A DNA stretch of 64,000 nucleotides from Myxococcales bacterium. GTDB taxonomy: Bacteria; Myxococcota_A; Polyangia; Polyangiales; DASUME01. Every line of letters begins with the position of its first letter. The stretch's first letter is position 1. A program made the translations under genes and the position numbers. The notes under the pieces are model-generated. The model worked only from the letters and a program-made list of their open reading frames with translations, was not told the DNA's origin and searched no databases. Below are positions 21,089 to 32,181 of this stretch, in pieces. The stretch is taken from the NCBI GenBank assembly GCA_047601445.1, contig JASGJH010000001.1:4608001-4672000 (forward strand). Direction: 5' to 3'.

Positions 21089-22963
21089 ATGAAGACAGTA
21101 GCCCTGCCGGCGGCCATCATGGCTGGCGTCACGTTTTACGCGGCCGTTTACCATACCTTACTGCACGTACGGACCGGACGGCGGACTCGGTTGGACGCCC
21201 AGTTCGGTTTGCTGGCCTTCGGCATCGCCCTTTACGCGATGTTCAGCTCGCTCCTCTACATGAGCGGCAACGTGGATGAGGGCGCCGGTTGGCAACGCCT
21301 GCAGCAGGCGACCTTGAGCGCGCTGGTCCCCGTGTTCCTGTACTTCGTGGACTCTGTGGGCGAGGTGTCCGGGCCTCGGCTCATGCGTCGCGCGAGCTGG
21401 CTCTACTGCGGGATGAGCGTGGTGGTGCTGGTCGAACACCAGAACTGGTTGCTCACCGGCGAGCCCAGCATCAAGCGCATCCGCCTCCCCTGGTTCGGCG
21501 AGGTCGTCTACTACGAACAGGCGATGGGGCCGCTCTACTACGTGATCTGTTCGGCCCTGCCCCTGGTGCTGGTGTACACGCTGGTGGTCGCCGCGCGCGC
21601 GCGCCGGCTCGGCTCGACGAGTCGAGCCAAGGGACTCCTGGTGGGCGTGGCGGCCTTCTCGGTGGGCATTGCCAACGACAGCCTCCTGGCTGCAGGCGCT
21701 CTGCATTCGGTCTACATGATCGAGTACGCCTTCACGTCGATCCTCCTGTTGGTGAGCTACGGGCTCTCGGCGGAGGTGGTGGCCGCGGCGCGCCATACGC
21801 AGGCCGTGGCAGAGCGCGAGATGGCGCAGGCCGACGCGCGACGCCTGGAGTCCATCGGACGCCTGGCGGGAGGCGTGGCCCACGACCTCAACAACATGCT
21901 AACGCCGGTGGTGAGCTACCTCGAGCTCGCCCTTCGGCGCATCGCGCCCACCGCACCCGAGCACCACTACGTGCTCTCCGCCTCGGACGCGGCCGCACGG
22001 GCAGCAGCCCTGGCGCAGCAATTGTTGGCACTGGGTCGCAAGCAGGTGCTCGATGTGCGCCCCCTGGACCTCGGGGCAGGCCTCAAGGCGTTGGCTCCGT
22101 TGATGCAGCACCTGTTTTCGAAACAAGTAAAGCTGGAGATCGAGGTGCCGGGAGAGGCGCCGCTGATCGACGCGGATTCGAGCCAGCTCGACCAGGTCTG
22201 GATGAACCTGGCGGCCAATGCGCGCGACGCCATGCCGCAGGGAGGACGGTTCTCGTTTCGCGTGGAGGCTGCCGAGAACGGCGTGGCCGTGAGTGTTCGC
22301 GACACCGGCAACGGGATGAACCCCGAGACGGCCGAGCACATCTTCGAGCCCTTCTTCACCACCAAGCCGCGTGGCAAGGGCACCGGCCTCGGGCTCTCCA
22401 TCGTGCGCGGCATCGTGGAGCAGCACGAAGGGACGATCGACGTCCAGACGACCCCGGGCGTGGGGACCACGTTTCGCCTCTGGTTTCCGGCTTCGACGCG
22501 GTCGGTCGCACGCGCAGCGACACCCTCCCTGAGCCCCGCGGCCGCCAGCGGCCGACGCAGTGTGCTCGTGGTGGACGACGACGAGGCCATCCGAACGCTG
22601 GTGATCACCTTGCTCGAAGACGCGGGCTATCGCGTCGAAGGCGCGGCCTCGGCCCACGAAGTCGAGAGCTATTTGGAGCGCCACAACTCGCTCGACCTTC
22701 TGCTGTCCGACGTGATCCTCCCAGACACGGACGGGCCGCATATCAAGCAGCTCGTGGAAGCCCGCTTCCCACGCGTGCCCTGCCTGTTCATGACGGGGCA
22801 CGCCGATGGCTTGCTGGCACACCGTGGGATCACGGACTGGGACGTGGAGATCTTGCGCAAGCCCTTTACGGGGGATCAGCTCGTACGAAAGATCGAGGAC
22901 GTGCTGCAGCGCCGCGCGGGGCGACCCGTGGAGTGGGAGGGCGGGGATCAATCGGTGGCCTAG
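21089..22963 (+). CDS. Membrane hybrid histidine kinase with about 7-TM input domain and REC
   Basis: Hydrophobic N-terminal 220 aa; GVAHDLNN; GTGLGL; VLVVDDD..SDVILP. Confidence 0.93.
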   Translation: MKTVALPAAIMAGVTFYAAVYHTLLHVRTGRRTRLDAQFGLLAFGIALYAMFSSLLYMSGNVDEGAGWQRLQQATLSALVPVFLYFVDSVGEVSGPRLMRRASWLYCGMSVVVLVEHQNWLLTGEPSIKRIRLPWFGEVVYYEQAMGPLYYVICSALPLVLVYTLVVAARARRLGSTSRAKGLLVGVAAFSVGIANDSLLAAGALHSVYMIEYAFTSILLLVSYGLSAEVVAAARHTQAVAEREMAQADARRLESIGRLAGGVAHDLNNMLTPVVSYLELALRRIAPTAPEHHYVLSASDAAARAAALAQQLLALGRKQVLDVRPLDLGAGLKALAPLMQHLFSKQVKLEIEVPGEAPLIDADSSQLDQVWMNLAANARDAMPQGGRFSFRVEAAENGVAVSVRDTGNGMNPETAEHIFEPFFTTKPRGKGTGLGLSIVRGIVEQHEGTIDVQTTPGVGTTFRLWFPASTRSVARAATPSLSPAAASGRRSVLVVDDDEAIRTLVITLLEDAGYRVEGAASAHEVESYLERHNSLDLLLSDVILPDTDGPHIKQLVEARFPRVPCLFMTGHADGLLAHRGITDWDVEILRKPFTGDQLVRKIEDVLQRRAGRPVEWEGGDQSVA

Positions 22964-23114
22964 CGGGTCGCGGACGAAGTCAGCACCCCGCTCCCGTGCC
23001 AGCCTTGCACCAGCAGTTGAACCGTCGCGATACAGCCTTTCCCCCAACAACGCGATGACCGAGTGACTCACGTGGGCGTCGCGCTGAATCAGGTCGGCTC
23101 ACGGCTCGTGACGC

Positions 23115-23564
23115 TCACCTGCTGCGTGCGTTGGGGGGACGCTGGCCGAGACCGAGCCGTGTTCGGGGAGCGCGCGAACTACGCGTCCTCGCAACCTTCG
23201 GGTCCTTCGGACGCGAGGGCTGAGACCGAGCCTGGCGCGCCAAGTTGGCTCCCGCGAGCGCCCCGGCGAAGGTGCTCATCGCGATCAAGCTGACCAGCCC
23301 CGTCCCCCAGCCTGCGTAAGGAAGCAGGAAAGGAGCGAACTGCACCAACTTGACGAGCAACGCCCCGCCGCCGACGAGGACGGCCAGCGCGCATGGAACA
23401 GCGGCGCGCAGCGCCTTGCGCGTCGACCCGAGCCGCAAGCCCGCCACGAATCCGCCGATGAACGTGTTCACCGGAGGAATCCAGGCGAGAGCGAACGAAA
23501 TCAAGAGCACGCACAGCGACCCCAGCAGGACGCTGAAGCGGCGTTCGCTGGAGGTATCGACCAC
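23115..23564 (-). CDS. Small multi-pass membrane protein
   Basis: Three to four hydrophobic segments (LLGSLCVLLISFALAWIP..FIGGFVAG). Start uncertain. Confidence 0.65.
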   Translation of the reverse strand: MVDTSSERRFSVLLGSLCVLLISFALAWIPPVNTFIGGFVAGLRLGSTRKALRAAVPCALAVLVGGGALLVKLVQFAPFLLPYAGWGTGLVSLIAMSTFAGALAGANLARQARSQPSRPKDPKVARTRSSRAPRTRLGLGQRPPNARSR

Positions 23565-23875
23565 GCGCAATTCGGCTCTGAGCCGGCCCCAGCGAAACGC
23601 TCGAGCTGCATTGCCCCCCGTGACGAGGAACAGCTCGGTTCCCGTGGAAGTTCGACGACTGGATCCTCTGAGTGAATGCCCTGGCTTCGGCATGGCTCGC
23701 TCCCGTGGACGGTTCCTGCAAGTTGGAGCTCGCAATGTCGATGCCGATTCCCAAAGGCATTCACGTCGACCGTACGAGCGCGTTCCTTGCCAACACTGAG
23801 ACTGGGCGTCCCGTGAGCGGAGCTAGCCGAGCACGTCGTTCCGCTCCGACCGAGCCTGCGCGGATGGATCTACGA

Positions 23876-24889
<1,014 letters not shown>

Positions 24890-24953
24890 GTTCTCTGTCT
24901 CTCTTTCTGTTCCTCAGGTTCGGTCGAACCTGCGAGTCCTGCGCACGAGGCGC

Positions 24954-26480
24954 TCAGCCCGAAGCGGTCGCGAGACCGCGCTCGACGCGGCTGCGATCGA
25001 GCAGGCGATACTGGATGGCTTCCGCCACGTGCTGGGCTCCGACCCGCGGCGCGCGCTCGAGATCGGCAATCGTGCGACTGACCCGCAGCACCTTCGTGTA
25101 TCCGCGAGCGGAGAGCCCGAGCGCATCGACTGCGCGGTCGAGCAGTCGCAAGGCGTCTTCGTCGGTGTCGGCCGCGGGCCCGGCGAGCGACGCGCCAGAG
25201 CCCAGCTCAGCACGCTCCCGTGCCCACGCGCGGGACGCCTCCACGCGAGAGCGCACGGTGACGCTGTCGTCGCCTGCGAGGCCCTCGCGCAAGATTCGCG
25301 CTTCCACGGGTTTGAGGGCGACGTGCATGTCGAAGCGATCGAGCAAGGGCCCAGAGATGCGTGTGCGGTAGCGCTCCACGCGATCGGGCGGGCACATGCA
25401 CAGCCGTCGCGGATCGTCCGCGTAGCCACAGGGGCACGGGTTCATGGCGCACACCACGAGAGGCCTCGCCGGCAGCTCGACGCGCTCATGGGTGCGCGCC
25501 ACCAGGGCGCGGCCTGACTCCATGGTGGGTCGCAGGCACTCGAGACTGCTACGGGAAAACTCGGGAAGTTCGTCCAGAAAGAGCACCCCGCCGTGCGCCA
25601 ACGTGACCTCACCGGGCTGAATCGGATTGCCGCCTCCAACGAGGGCCGCAGCGCTCAAGCTGTGATGCGGCGCGCGAAAGGGCCGCTCGACCTCGGATAG
25701 GCGCGCGGGGGTCGGACTGCCGGTGGCGCTCGCGATGGTGGCAATCTCGATCGCCTCTTCCTGACTCGGTCTCGGCAGCAGCGTAGGCAGGCGCTGAGCC
25801 AGCATGCTCTTGCCGGTGCCGGGCGGGCCCACCAACAACAAGTTGTGATTGCCTGCCGCAGCGACCTCCAGGGCGCGCTTGGCCGCGTACTGCCCGCGCA
25901 CGTCGCTGAGGTCCAGGGACGAGCTGCGGGGCAGGCAGGCCGTCGGTGTCAATGCGCGCGGCAACTCCAGGTCGCCGCGCAGATGAATGACCACGTCGCG
26001 CAAGCTGGCGGCACAGCGCACGTCCAGGCCTGGCACGAGCTGGGCTTCCGCCACGTTGGCGACGGGCACGATGGCGCGCCTGAAGCCACGTGCCTCGGCG
26101 GCACGCAGGTGCGACAGCACGCCACGCACCGCCCGCAGTTCTCCACCCAGGGCGAGCTCACCGAGAACCACCAGCTCGGGCAAGAAGCTCGGCGCCGCGA
26201 CGCCGCCCGCGCACAACAGAGCCAGCGCGATCGCCAGGTCGAGCCCAGAGCCGCTCTTACGCACGTCGGCGGGCGCCAGGTTGAGCACGACATGGCGGCT
26301 CGGCAGCTCGAGGCCCGAGCTCTCAAGCGCGGAGCGCACACGCACCCGACTCTCGCGCACCGCCGTATCCCCGAGGCCCACGATGTCCACACCGGGCAAG
26401 CCCTTGCCGAAGAAGGCTTGAACCTCGACTGCGATGGATTCGATGCCCGAGAGAGACGCGGAATGAACCGTGGCCAGCAT
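24954..26480 (-). CDS. comM: YifB/ComM Mg-chelatase-like AAA+ helicase
   Basis: IVGLGDTAVRES, NLAPAD, GPPGTGKSMLA, PFRAPHH, LFLDELPEF, NPCPCG, SGPLLDRFD. Confidence 0.95.
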   Translation of the reverse strand: MLATVHSASLSGIESIAVEVQAFFGKGLPGVDIVGLGDTAVRESRVRVRSALESSGLELPSRHVVLNLAPADVRKSGSGLDLAIALALLCAGGVAAPSFLPELVVLGELALGGELRAVRGVLSHLRAAEARGFRRAIVPVANVAEAQLVPGLDVRCAASLRDVVIHLRGDLELPRALTPTACLPRSSSLDLSDVRGQYAAKRALEVAAAGNHNLLLVGPPGTGKSMLAQRLPTLLPRPSQEEAIEIATIASATGSPTPARLSEVERPFRAPHHSLSAAALVGGGNPIQPGEVTLAHGGVLFLDELPEFSRSSLECLRPTMESGRALVARTHERVELPARPLVVCAMNPCPCGYADDPRRLCMCPPDRVERYRTRISGPLLDRFDMHVALKPVEARILREGLAGDDSVTVRSRVEASRAWARERAELGSGASLAGPAADTDEDALRLLDRAVDALGLSARGYTKVLRVSRTIADLERAPRVGAQHVAEAIQYRLLDRSRVERGLATASG

Positions 26481-26608
26481 GCCAGGCGACAGTGCACGCG
26501 CGGATCCGGGCGCCGCATCAATCGATCCAGTGGCTTGCCCGCTGGGCTCGGCGGAATCGACGGGGCCCGACGGCGACCGTCGCGCCTTTTTGCTAATTTG
26601 TCATGGTC

Positions 26609-27793
26609 ATGGAATTGCGCGCTCCACAACTCGGCGATCGCTCCCTGTTCCCGGACCTGGCCGCCCGTGCCTACCTGGCGCACGCCGCGGTGAGTCCCGT
26701 CTCGTCCCGCGTCGCGCAGGCCGTCCATCGCTGCCTCTCGGACTACGCCCAGCGCGGTGTCGCGGCCGCCATCGACATGGCCCGCCTTCGGGCCGACGCA
26801 CGCGCGCTGGCCGCTCAGCTCCTGCACGCCAACAGCAGCGAGATCGGTCTGGTGCAGAGCACCTCAGCCGGGGTGATCGCCATCGCCCGCTCGCTGCCCT
26901 TCTTACCCAAGCAGCGCGTCATCGTGTTCGAGGGGGAGTTTCCGGCCAACTTCACGCCCTGGCAGCTGGTGGCGCGAGACCTCGGCCTCGAGCTCGTGAG
27001 CCTCCCCCTGGCGGCCTTCCTGCGCAGCGACGAGGAAGGGCTTGCGCTGCTGCGTGGCGAGCTCGAGCGAGGAGCGCGGCTGGTGGCGGTGAGTGCGGTG
27101 CAGTTTCAGACCGGTCTGCGCATGCCGCTCAAGTCCATGGCCGAGCTCTGCCATGCCCACGGCGCCGAGCTGTTCGTGGATGCCATCCAGGCGCTCGGCG
27201 TGGTGCCCCTCGACGTGAAAGAGCTGGGCATCGACTACCTGGCAGCCGGCGGTCACAAGTTCATGATGGGCCTGGAGGGCGCGGGACTCTTGTATGTGCG
27301 CAACGAGTGTCTGCCAGCGCTCTCGCTGGGACTCGCAGGCTGGACTGGCCACGAAGACGCGTTCAGCTTCTTGATGGACGACCAGGCAGGCCAGCTGCGC
27401 TACGACCGGCCCCTGGTGCGCGCCACCACCTTCGTGGAGCAGGGCGCAGTCAGCATGGTGGGCTACGCGGCGCTCTCTGCTTCCCTCCAGATGCTGCTCG
27501 AGCTGGGCGTGTCGTCCATCTTCGACCATGTCGCGCACTACCTGGACTCGCTCGAGCCCGCGCTCCTGGCGCTCGGCCTCACGAGCGTTCGTGCACGGGA
27601 GCGAGCGCGTCAGTCTGCCATTCTCGCGTTCAAGCTTCCCCCGGGACCCGCCCTGACCCAGGTAGCGCGACGCCTTGGTGAGCAGGGCATCGTCGTCTCC
27701 ACGCCAGACGGACACCTGCGCTTGGCTCCCCATTTCGCCAACCACATCTCCGAAATCCCGGCGGTGGTGCTAGCCGTGCAGCGAGCGCTCTAG
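26609..27793 (+). CDS. Class V PLP-dependent aminotransferase (cysteine desulfurase-like)
   Basis: YLAHAAVSP, EFPAN, VDAIQALG, PLP lysine in GGHKFMMG, RLAPHFAN. Confidence 0.9.
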   Translation: MELRAPQLGDRSLFPDLAARAYLAHAAVSPVSSRVAQAVHRCLSDYAQRGVAAAIDMARLRADARALAAQLLHANSSEIGLVQSTSAGVIAIARSLPFLPKQRVIVFEGEFPANFTPWQLVARDLGLELVSLPLAAFLRSDEEGLALLRGELERGARLVAVSAVQFQTGLRMPLKSMAELCHAHGAELFVDAIQALGVVPLDVKELGIDYLAAGGHKFMMGLEGAGLLYVRNECLPALSLGLAGWTGHEDAFSFLMDDQAGQLRYDRPLVRATTFVEQGAVSMVGYAALSASLQMLLELGVSSIFDHVAHYLDSLEPALLALGLTSVRARERARQSAILAFKLPPGPALTQVARRLGEQGIVVSTPDGHLRLAPHFANHISEIPAVVLAVQRAL

Positions 27794-29049
27794 TTCGGGC
27801 GCGGCCACTCCAGCACGACGGTGGTGCCACGGCCGAGTCCAGATGCCAGACGGACGGAGCCTCCCGAGTTGGTCACGAGCTTGTATACCGTGGCCAAGCC
27901 CAAGCCCCGCGCCCGCCTGTCCCCCTTGGTGCTGAAGAAGGGCTCGAACACGCGGCGCTGAGTCTGCTCGTCCATGCCCACTCCGGTGTCCGCGACGGTG
28001 AGCCGGATGCTGCCGGCCTGGCCATTGTCGCGTTGCAGGAGCGAGACCTCGATGGTGAGCTTGCCACCGCCGAGCATCGCGTCGCGCGCGTTTACGGCCA
28101 GGTTGGTGATGATCTGCTCGAGCTCCGACCGCGTCACGGGCACGCGCAAGTTGCCGACCGGGTAGCGAACGCGCACCGACACGCCTTCCACTTCGAGCGT
28201 GCTCAAGAAGGCCTTCATGCCGTGCAGCACTTGGCGAGCGTCCGCCTGCTCGCCAGGTGCGACCGCGCCGTGCGCGGGTTGCGCGAAGGACGTCAGGTGA
28301 TTCACCAGACGCGCCCCCTGCTCTACCAGTGCTTCCACCTCGCGGACGAAGCTAGCGCGCGCAGAGGCGTCGTCCGACTTCGGCAGGTTGGCGAGCGCGC
28401 AGCGCGAGTAGACGGCCATCAAGATGTTGTTGAAGTCATGAGCCACGGTCGTGGCCATGCGCCCCAAGGACTCCATCACACGGGCGCGCTCGAGCTCCGT
28501 TTGAGCCTCCAAAAGCGCTCGATCGAGCCGCTCGCGCTCGGCCTGCTCGAAGTAGAGTCCGACCATGTCGGCTACCGTGGCCGCGAAGTCCGAGTCCCGC
28601 TTGCTCCAGGCGCGGCCGCCCGGGGTCATGCACTCGTGGCACAGAATGCCCACCGGCAAGCCTTGCTGGTAGATGGGACTGTCGAGCATGGCCGTCACAC
28701 CGCGCGTGCGCAGATACCCGTCCAGTTCCCGTGTGCGTGGGTCGCTGAAGGCGTCGTCGGCGGCAATGCAACGCCACTCGCGCAGAGCCTTGGCATAGGC
28801 TGGACAGGTGGCGAGGGAGATCGCTTGCTCACCGCCCAAGCTGTTGGAAGCGCGCTTGTAAAGGATACGGCACACCATGTTGGCTTCGCGCTCGTCGATC
28901 AGCCAGACACTGACGCGCTCGACGTCGAGTGTACGCGCGGACAGCTTGATCGCGTTCACCAACGCGCGTTCGTGTGCGCTACCGCTGGTGTGCACTCCAC
29001 GAATCAGCTGAATCCGTGCGGCTTCGCGCGTGCTCGGCGCTCCCTGCAT
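27790..29049 (-). CDS. GAF-domain sensor histidine kinase
   Basis: VERVSVW..AMLDSPI..GILCHE GAF; AHDFNN; DTGVGM; GLGL. Confidence 0.92.
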   Translation of the reverse strand: MQGAPSTREAARIQLIRGVHTSGSAHERALVNAIKLSARTLDVERVSVWLIDEREANMVCRILYKRASNSLGGEQAISLATCPAYAKALREWRCIAADDAFSDPRTRELDGYLRTRGVTAMLDSPIYQQGLPVGILCHECMTPGGRAWSKRDSDFAATVADMVGLYFEQAERERLDRALLEAQTELERARVMESLGRMATTVAHDFNNILMAVYSRCALANLPKSDDASARASFVREVEALVEQGARLVNHLTSFAQPAHGAVAPGEQADARQVLHGMKAFLSTLEVEGVSVRVRYPVGNLRVPVTRSELEQIITNLAVNARDAMLGGGKLTIEVSLLQRDNGQAGSIRLTVADTGVGMDEQTQRRVFEPFFSTKGDRRARGLGLATVYKLVTNSGGSVRLASGLGRGTTVVLEWPRPN

Positions 29050-29090
29050 CCTTGACGATAGCGCGTCACGCGCGGGCTGCTACCGACGCC

Positions 29091-31217
29091 CTACGGCTGC
29101 GGCTGGCGCCTCACGGCGATGACGGCCGGCACGGTCTCGTCCGCGTAGAACTCACTGCTCGCTCGCGACTCATGAGCTCGCCAGAACGCACGCAACGCTT
29201 CCTCGTCGAAGTCCTGTCGATCCGCGTTGGCAATCCTGCGCAGCGCGCGCCCGAGCAGCTCCGCCGACACCGGTCGATGCGCCGGGTCCCTGGCCATGCA
29301 ACGCGTGATCAACTGCGTGAGCTCGACCGGCGCCGTCGCGCGTACCGACTCGGGGAGCTCCGGCACCTCGGCCTCGAGCTCGCGACGCAGGACCTTTTCG
29401 GAAGTCCCCGACCCGAAGGGCAGCTCCGCGCTGAGGAGCCAGAAGCCCACACATCCCAGGGCGTACAGATCGGCCTGCACCGTCACTCGCTCACCCAGTG
29501 CTTGCTCGGGTGCCATGTAGCCCGGCGTGCCCGACACGTGCTTCCCTTCGGCATACCCGCTGCGTACCGTGAGCCCGAAGTCGAGCACCTTCACCAAGTC
29601 GAGCCACTCGGCCTGACGGCACAGGAACACATTGGCCGGTTTCAGGTCCCGATGCACGAGATCCATCGCGTGGGCCTCCTTCAGCGAGTCGCAGATCTGC
29701 GCCAGGATGTTGGCCACGCGCGTGGCGGGTTGCGGCCCGAAACGTGTAACCAGCTCCTGCAAATCGCAGCCGTCGAGCAGCTCCATGGCGAGGAAGTAGC
29801 GACCGTCGTTGGCGATGCCGAAGTCGTAGAGCGCTACCGTGTGCACCGAGTGCAGGCTGGCCAGGGCGCGCGCTTCGAGCAAGAACTGACGTTGCTCCTG
29901 TGCAATCCTGGCTTCGTCCTCGGAGCGGCTGCGGATCAACTTCAGCGCCGCGTCGCGCGCCAGCAGGCGATGACGTGCGCGGTGCACTTCCCCCATTCCG
30001 CCGCGCCGGATCAGCGCCACCAGCTCGTAGCTCCCGAGCTGCTCCAGCTCCTCGCGCGCTCTCTTCTCGCCGAGCTCTGCCTCCACCCGCTTGCGGCGCA
30101 ATCGCGCGATGTTCTCCGAAAGCAGCAGCGCGAGCAGCACGCCACCGATGGCCGTGAACGCCGTGGTGACCATGCCGACCATCGCTTCGCGCCGCGCCGC
30201 GTGGAAGAGCTCGGCCTCGGCGGATACCGTGGCCAGGCTGATCGGATCGCGGTCGAGCTTGGTGATGCTCGCGCGTGAAATGCGGTAAGCCTGCCCGGCC
30301 ACCTCGAAGGTGCGCGACGCACCATCGCTCAACGCGCTGAAGTAGGGCAGCGCGGCATGAAGCACAGGGTCGGGCAGTTCCCGCCAGTGCACGCTGTCAC
30401 GGCGCGCCCGGTCCCTGGGTCGCGGCATCCGCAAGCCCGAGGCAGCCAACACGCCTCCCCAGCTGTCGACGACCAGGCGGCGTTCACTCGGCGTGAGCGG
30501 GGCGCTCAGCAAGGCTTCGATGCCGGCCGTGTCGAAGTCCACGGTGAGCACGGCGCTGATGCGCCTGGGATCGAGCGGGTCGCCGAACAGCGGCTGCACC
30601 CGGGTGACGCCGGTCTCGAAGGTTGGCAGAAACAGATAGGGTGGCGTCCAGGCCCGGCTGGCGCGCACCCGCGCGATCTCGTAGTAGGGGCGCGTGCGCG
30701 GGTCGTAGTCGGTCTGCTCGAGCTTCGTACGCTGCAGCTTGCCCATCGGGTCGACCGTGTATTCCTCGCGAATCGCCCCGTGCTCGGTCTGTCGAACGAT
30801 CTCCGCGTAAGGGACCCACTGGTCGTCACGGCGAATCGCCAGGTGAGTACCGTCCGGCAGACTCACGCTGATGCGAGCCAGCCCCGCACGAGCGACCGAC
30901 AGTTCACGCATACGCGCCAACAACTGGAACGGTGCGGTGGTTGGAGCGAACTCCTCGACCAACGCTTGCAGCCGATTGAGCAGCGTGTCCGCGGCTCCCA
31001 GCGCGAAGTCGATGGAGAGCCGCACCTCGTTGGCGTTCTTGCGAAGGTCGCTCTCGGCGCGCGCCTCGCCCTGCCGACGCAGCGCGCGATAGGTCATGTA
31101 CGTCGAGGTCGATCCCACTAGCGTAACGAGGGCCAGCACGCTCAACGCCAGCACCGGAGGAGAGCCCAACACGTCGCTCAGACGTCCGCGCCAATCTCCC
31201 CGGCTAGCGGTGTTCAT
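29091..31217 (-). CDS. Transmembrane Ser/Thr kinase with periplasmic dCache-like sensor
   Basis: TM1 (VLALSVLALVTLVG); YDPRTRPYY..WTPPY..TVDF Cache motif; TM2; GGMGEV, HRDLKPAN, DFG, GTPGYMAPE. ATG 31217 overlaps the upstream stop (ATGA). Confidence 0.9.
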   Translation of the reverse strand: MNTASRGDWRGRLSDVLGSPPVLALSVLALVTLVGSTSTYMTYRALRRQGEARAESDLRKNANEVRLSIDFALGAADTLLNRLQALVEEFAPTTAPFQLLARMRELSVARAGLARISVSLPDGTHLAIRRDDQWVPYAEIVRQTEHGAIREEYTVDPMGKLQRTKLEQTDYDPRTRPYYEIARVRASRAWTPPYLFLPTFETGVTRVQPLFGDPLDPRRISAVLTVDFDTAGIEALLSAPLTPSERRLVVDSWGGVLAASGLRMPRPRDRARRDSVHWRELPDPVLHAALPYFSALSDGASRTFEVAGQAYRISRASITKLDRDPISLATVSAEAELFHAARREAMVGMVTTAFTAIGGVLLALLLSENIARLRRKRVEAELGEKRAREELEQLGSYELVALIRRGGMGEVHRARHRLLARDAALKLIRSRSEDEARIAQEQRQFLLEARALASLHSVHTVALYDFGIANDGRYFLAMELLDGCDLQELVTRFGPQPATRVANILAQICDSLKEAHAMDLVHRDLKPANVFLCRQAEWLDLVKVLDFGLTVRSGYAEGKHVSGTPGYMAPEQALGERVTVQADLYALGCVGFWLLSAELPFGSGTSEKVLRRELEAEVPELPESVRATAPVELTQLITRCMARDPAHRPVSAELLGRALRRIANADRQDFDEEALRAFWRAHESRASSEFYADETVPAVIAVRRQPQP

Positions 31218-32113
31218 GCGGAAGCCACGCGCCGGATTGCGGCCGCGATGGGTCCCGGCACCTCTTCCTGCAAGAAGTGCCCCGCCTGGGTGCGCGTGAC
31301 GCGGGCACTCGGCAACAAGCGCTCGAGGTGCGTACGCACGCGACCAAGCACCGGATCGCGGTCGCCCCACACGAGCTCCACGGGCCCGCGATAGCCCGTG
31401 ATCACCATCTGCGCGCGCCCCAGCGCGGCCACGCTGGGATGCTCGAGCGAGTCCGGAACCATCCGAGCCAACGCCAACGGCGCCACATTGTCGCGCAGGG
31501 AACGCAGTGGGAAGCGATAGGCGCGCGCCACCTGGCCCCGAATGCTCCCCTTGTCTCCCTGCACCGTCCACAGCGCCGTCTGGGGAAAGCCCAGCCCACG
31601 GAACACGAGCTCCGACACCAGCGGCATGCGCGCGAAGCGATGGAACGGCGTGGGACGAAAGCCAGGGCGCGGAGGACCGACCACCGTGTTCAGCAGCACC
31701 AGTCCAGTGAGCAGGCTCGAATTCTCCGCGAAAGCCAGCAGGCCGATGGGCCCACCCCAATCCTGCCCGGCGAAGATGACGTCGCGCAGCTCCAACCACT
31801 CGAGCAGCCCGGCCATGATGCGCCCGTGGCGCTCCAGCTCGTGGAAGCTTGCCTCCCGGGGCTTGTCAGACAGCCCGAGCCCGACGATGTCCGGCATGAT
31901 CAGACGCAGCCGCTCTCCCGTGAGCTCGCGGGCCACTTTCCGCCACAGATAGCCCCAGGTCGGATTGCCGTGCAGCATGAACACGGGCCTGCCACGCGGG
32001 TCGCCCGCTTCCATCACGTGTACGTGCTGCCCCTCTAGCTCGACGCAGTAGCGCTCGAAGGGCAACTCGGAGGACAGCCACGCGGGCAGCGCGGGAGCAG
32101 GCAGCTTCTTCAC
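31214..32113 (-). CDS. Haloalkane dehalogenase/OleB-like alpha/beta hydrolase
   Basis: HGNPTWGYLWR, nucleophile QDWGG, AGHFLQEE. Confidence 0.9.
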   Translation of the reverse strand: MKKLPAPALPAWLSSELPFERYCVELEGQHVHVMEAGDPRGRPVFMLHGNPTWGYLWRKVARELTGERLRLIMPDIVGLGLSDKPREASFHELERHGRIMAGLLEWLELRDVIFAGQDWGGPIGLLAFAENSSLLTGLVLLNTVVGPPRPGFRPTPFHRFARMPLVSELVFRGLGFPQTALWTVQGDKGSIRGQVARAYRFPLRSLRDNVAPLALARMVPDSLEHPSVAALGRAQMVITGYRGPVELVWGDRDPVLGRVRTHLERLLPSARVTRTQAGHFLQEEVPGPIAAAIRRVASA

Positions 32114-32181
32114 CCGTTGAGCCTAGCTGGCGGCCCTCCACCAAGTAAGCCAAATGCGCGTGTCCACACTATCCTCGGAGC

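Noticed and set aside
29091..31799. 902-aa version of the Cache kinase
   Set aside because: The extension overlaps the hydrolase in another frame; the likely start is ATG 31217.
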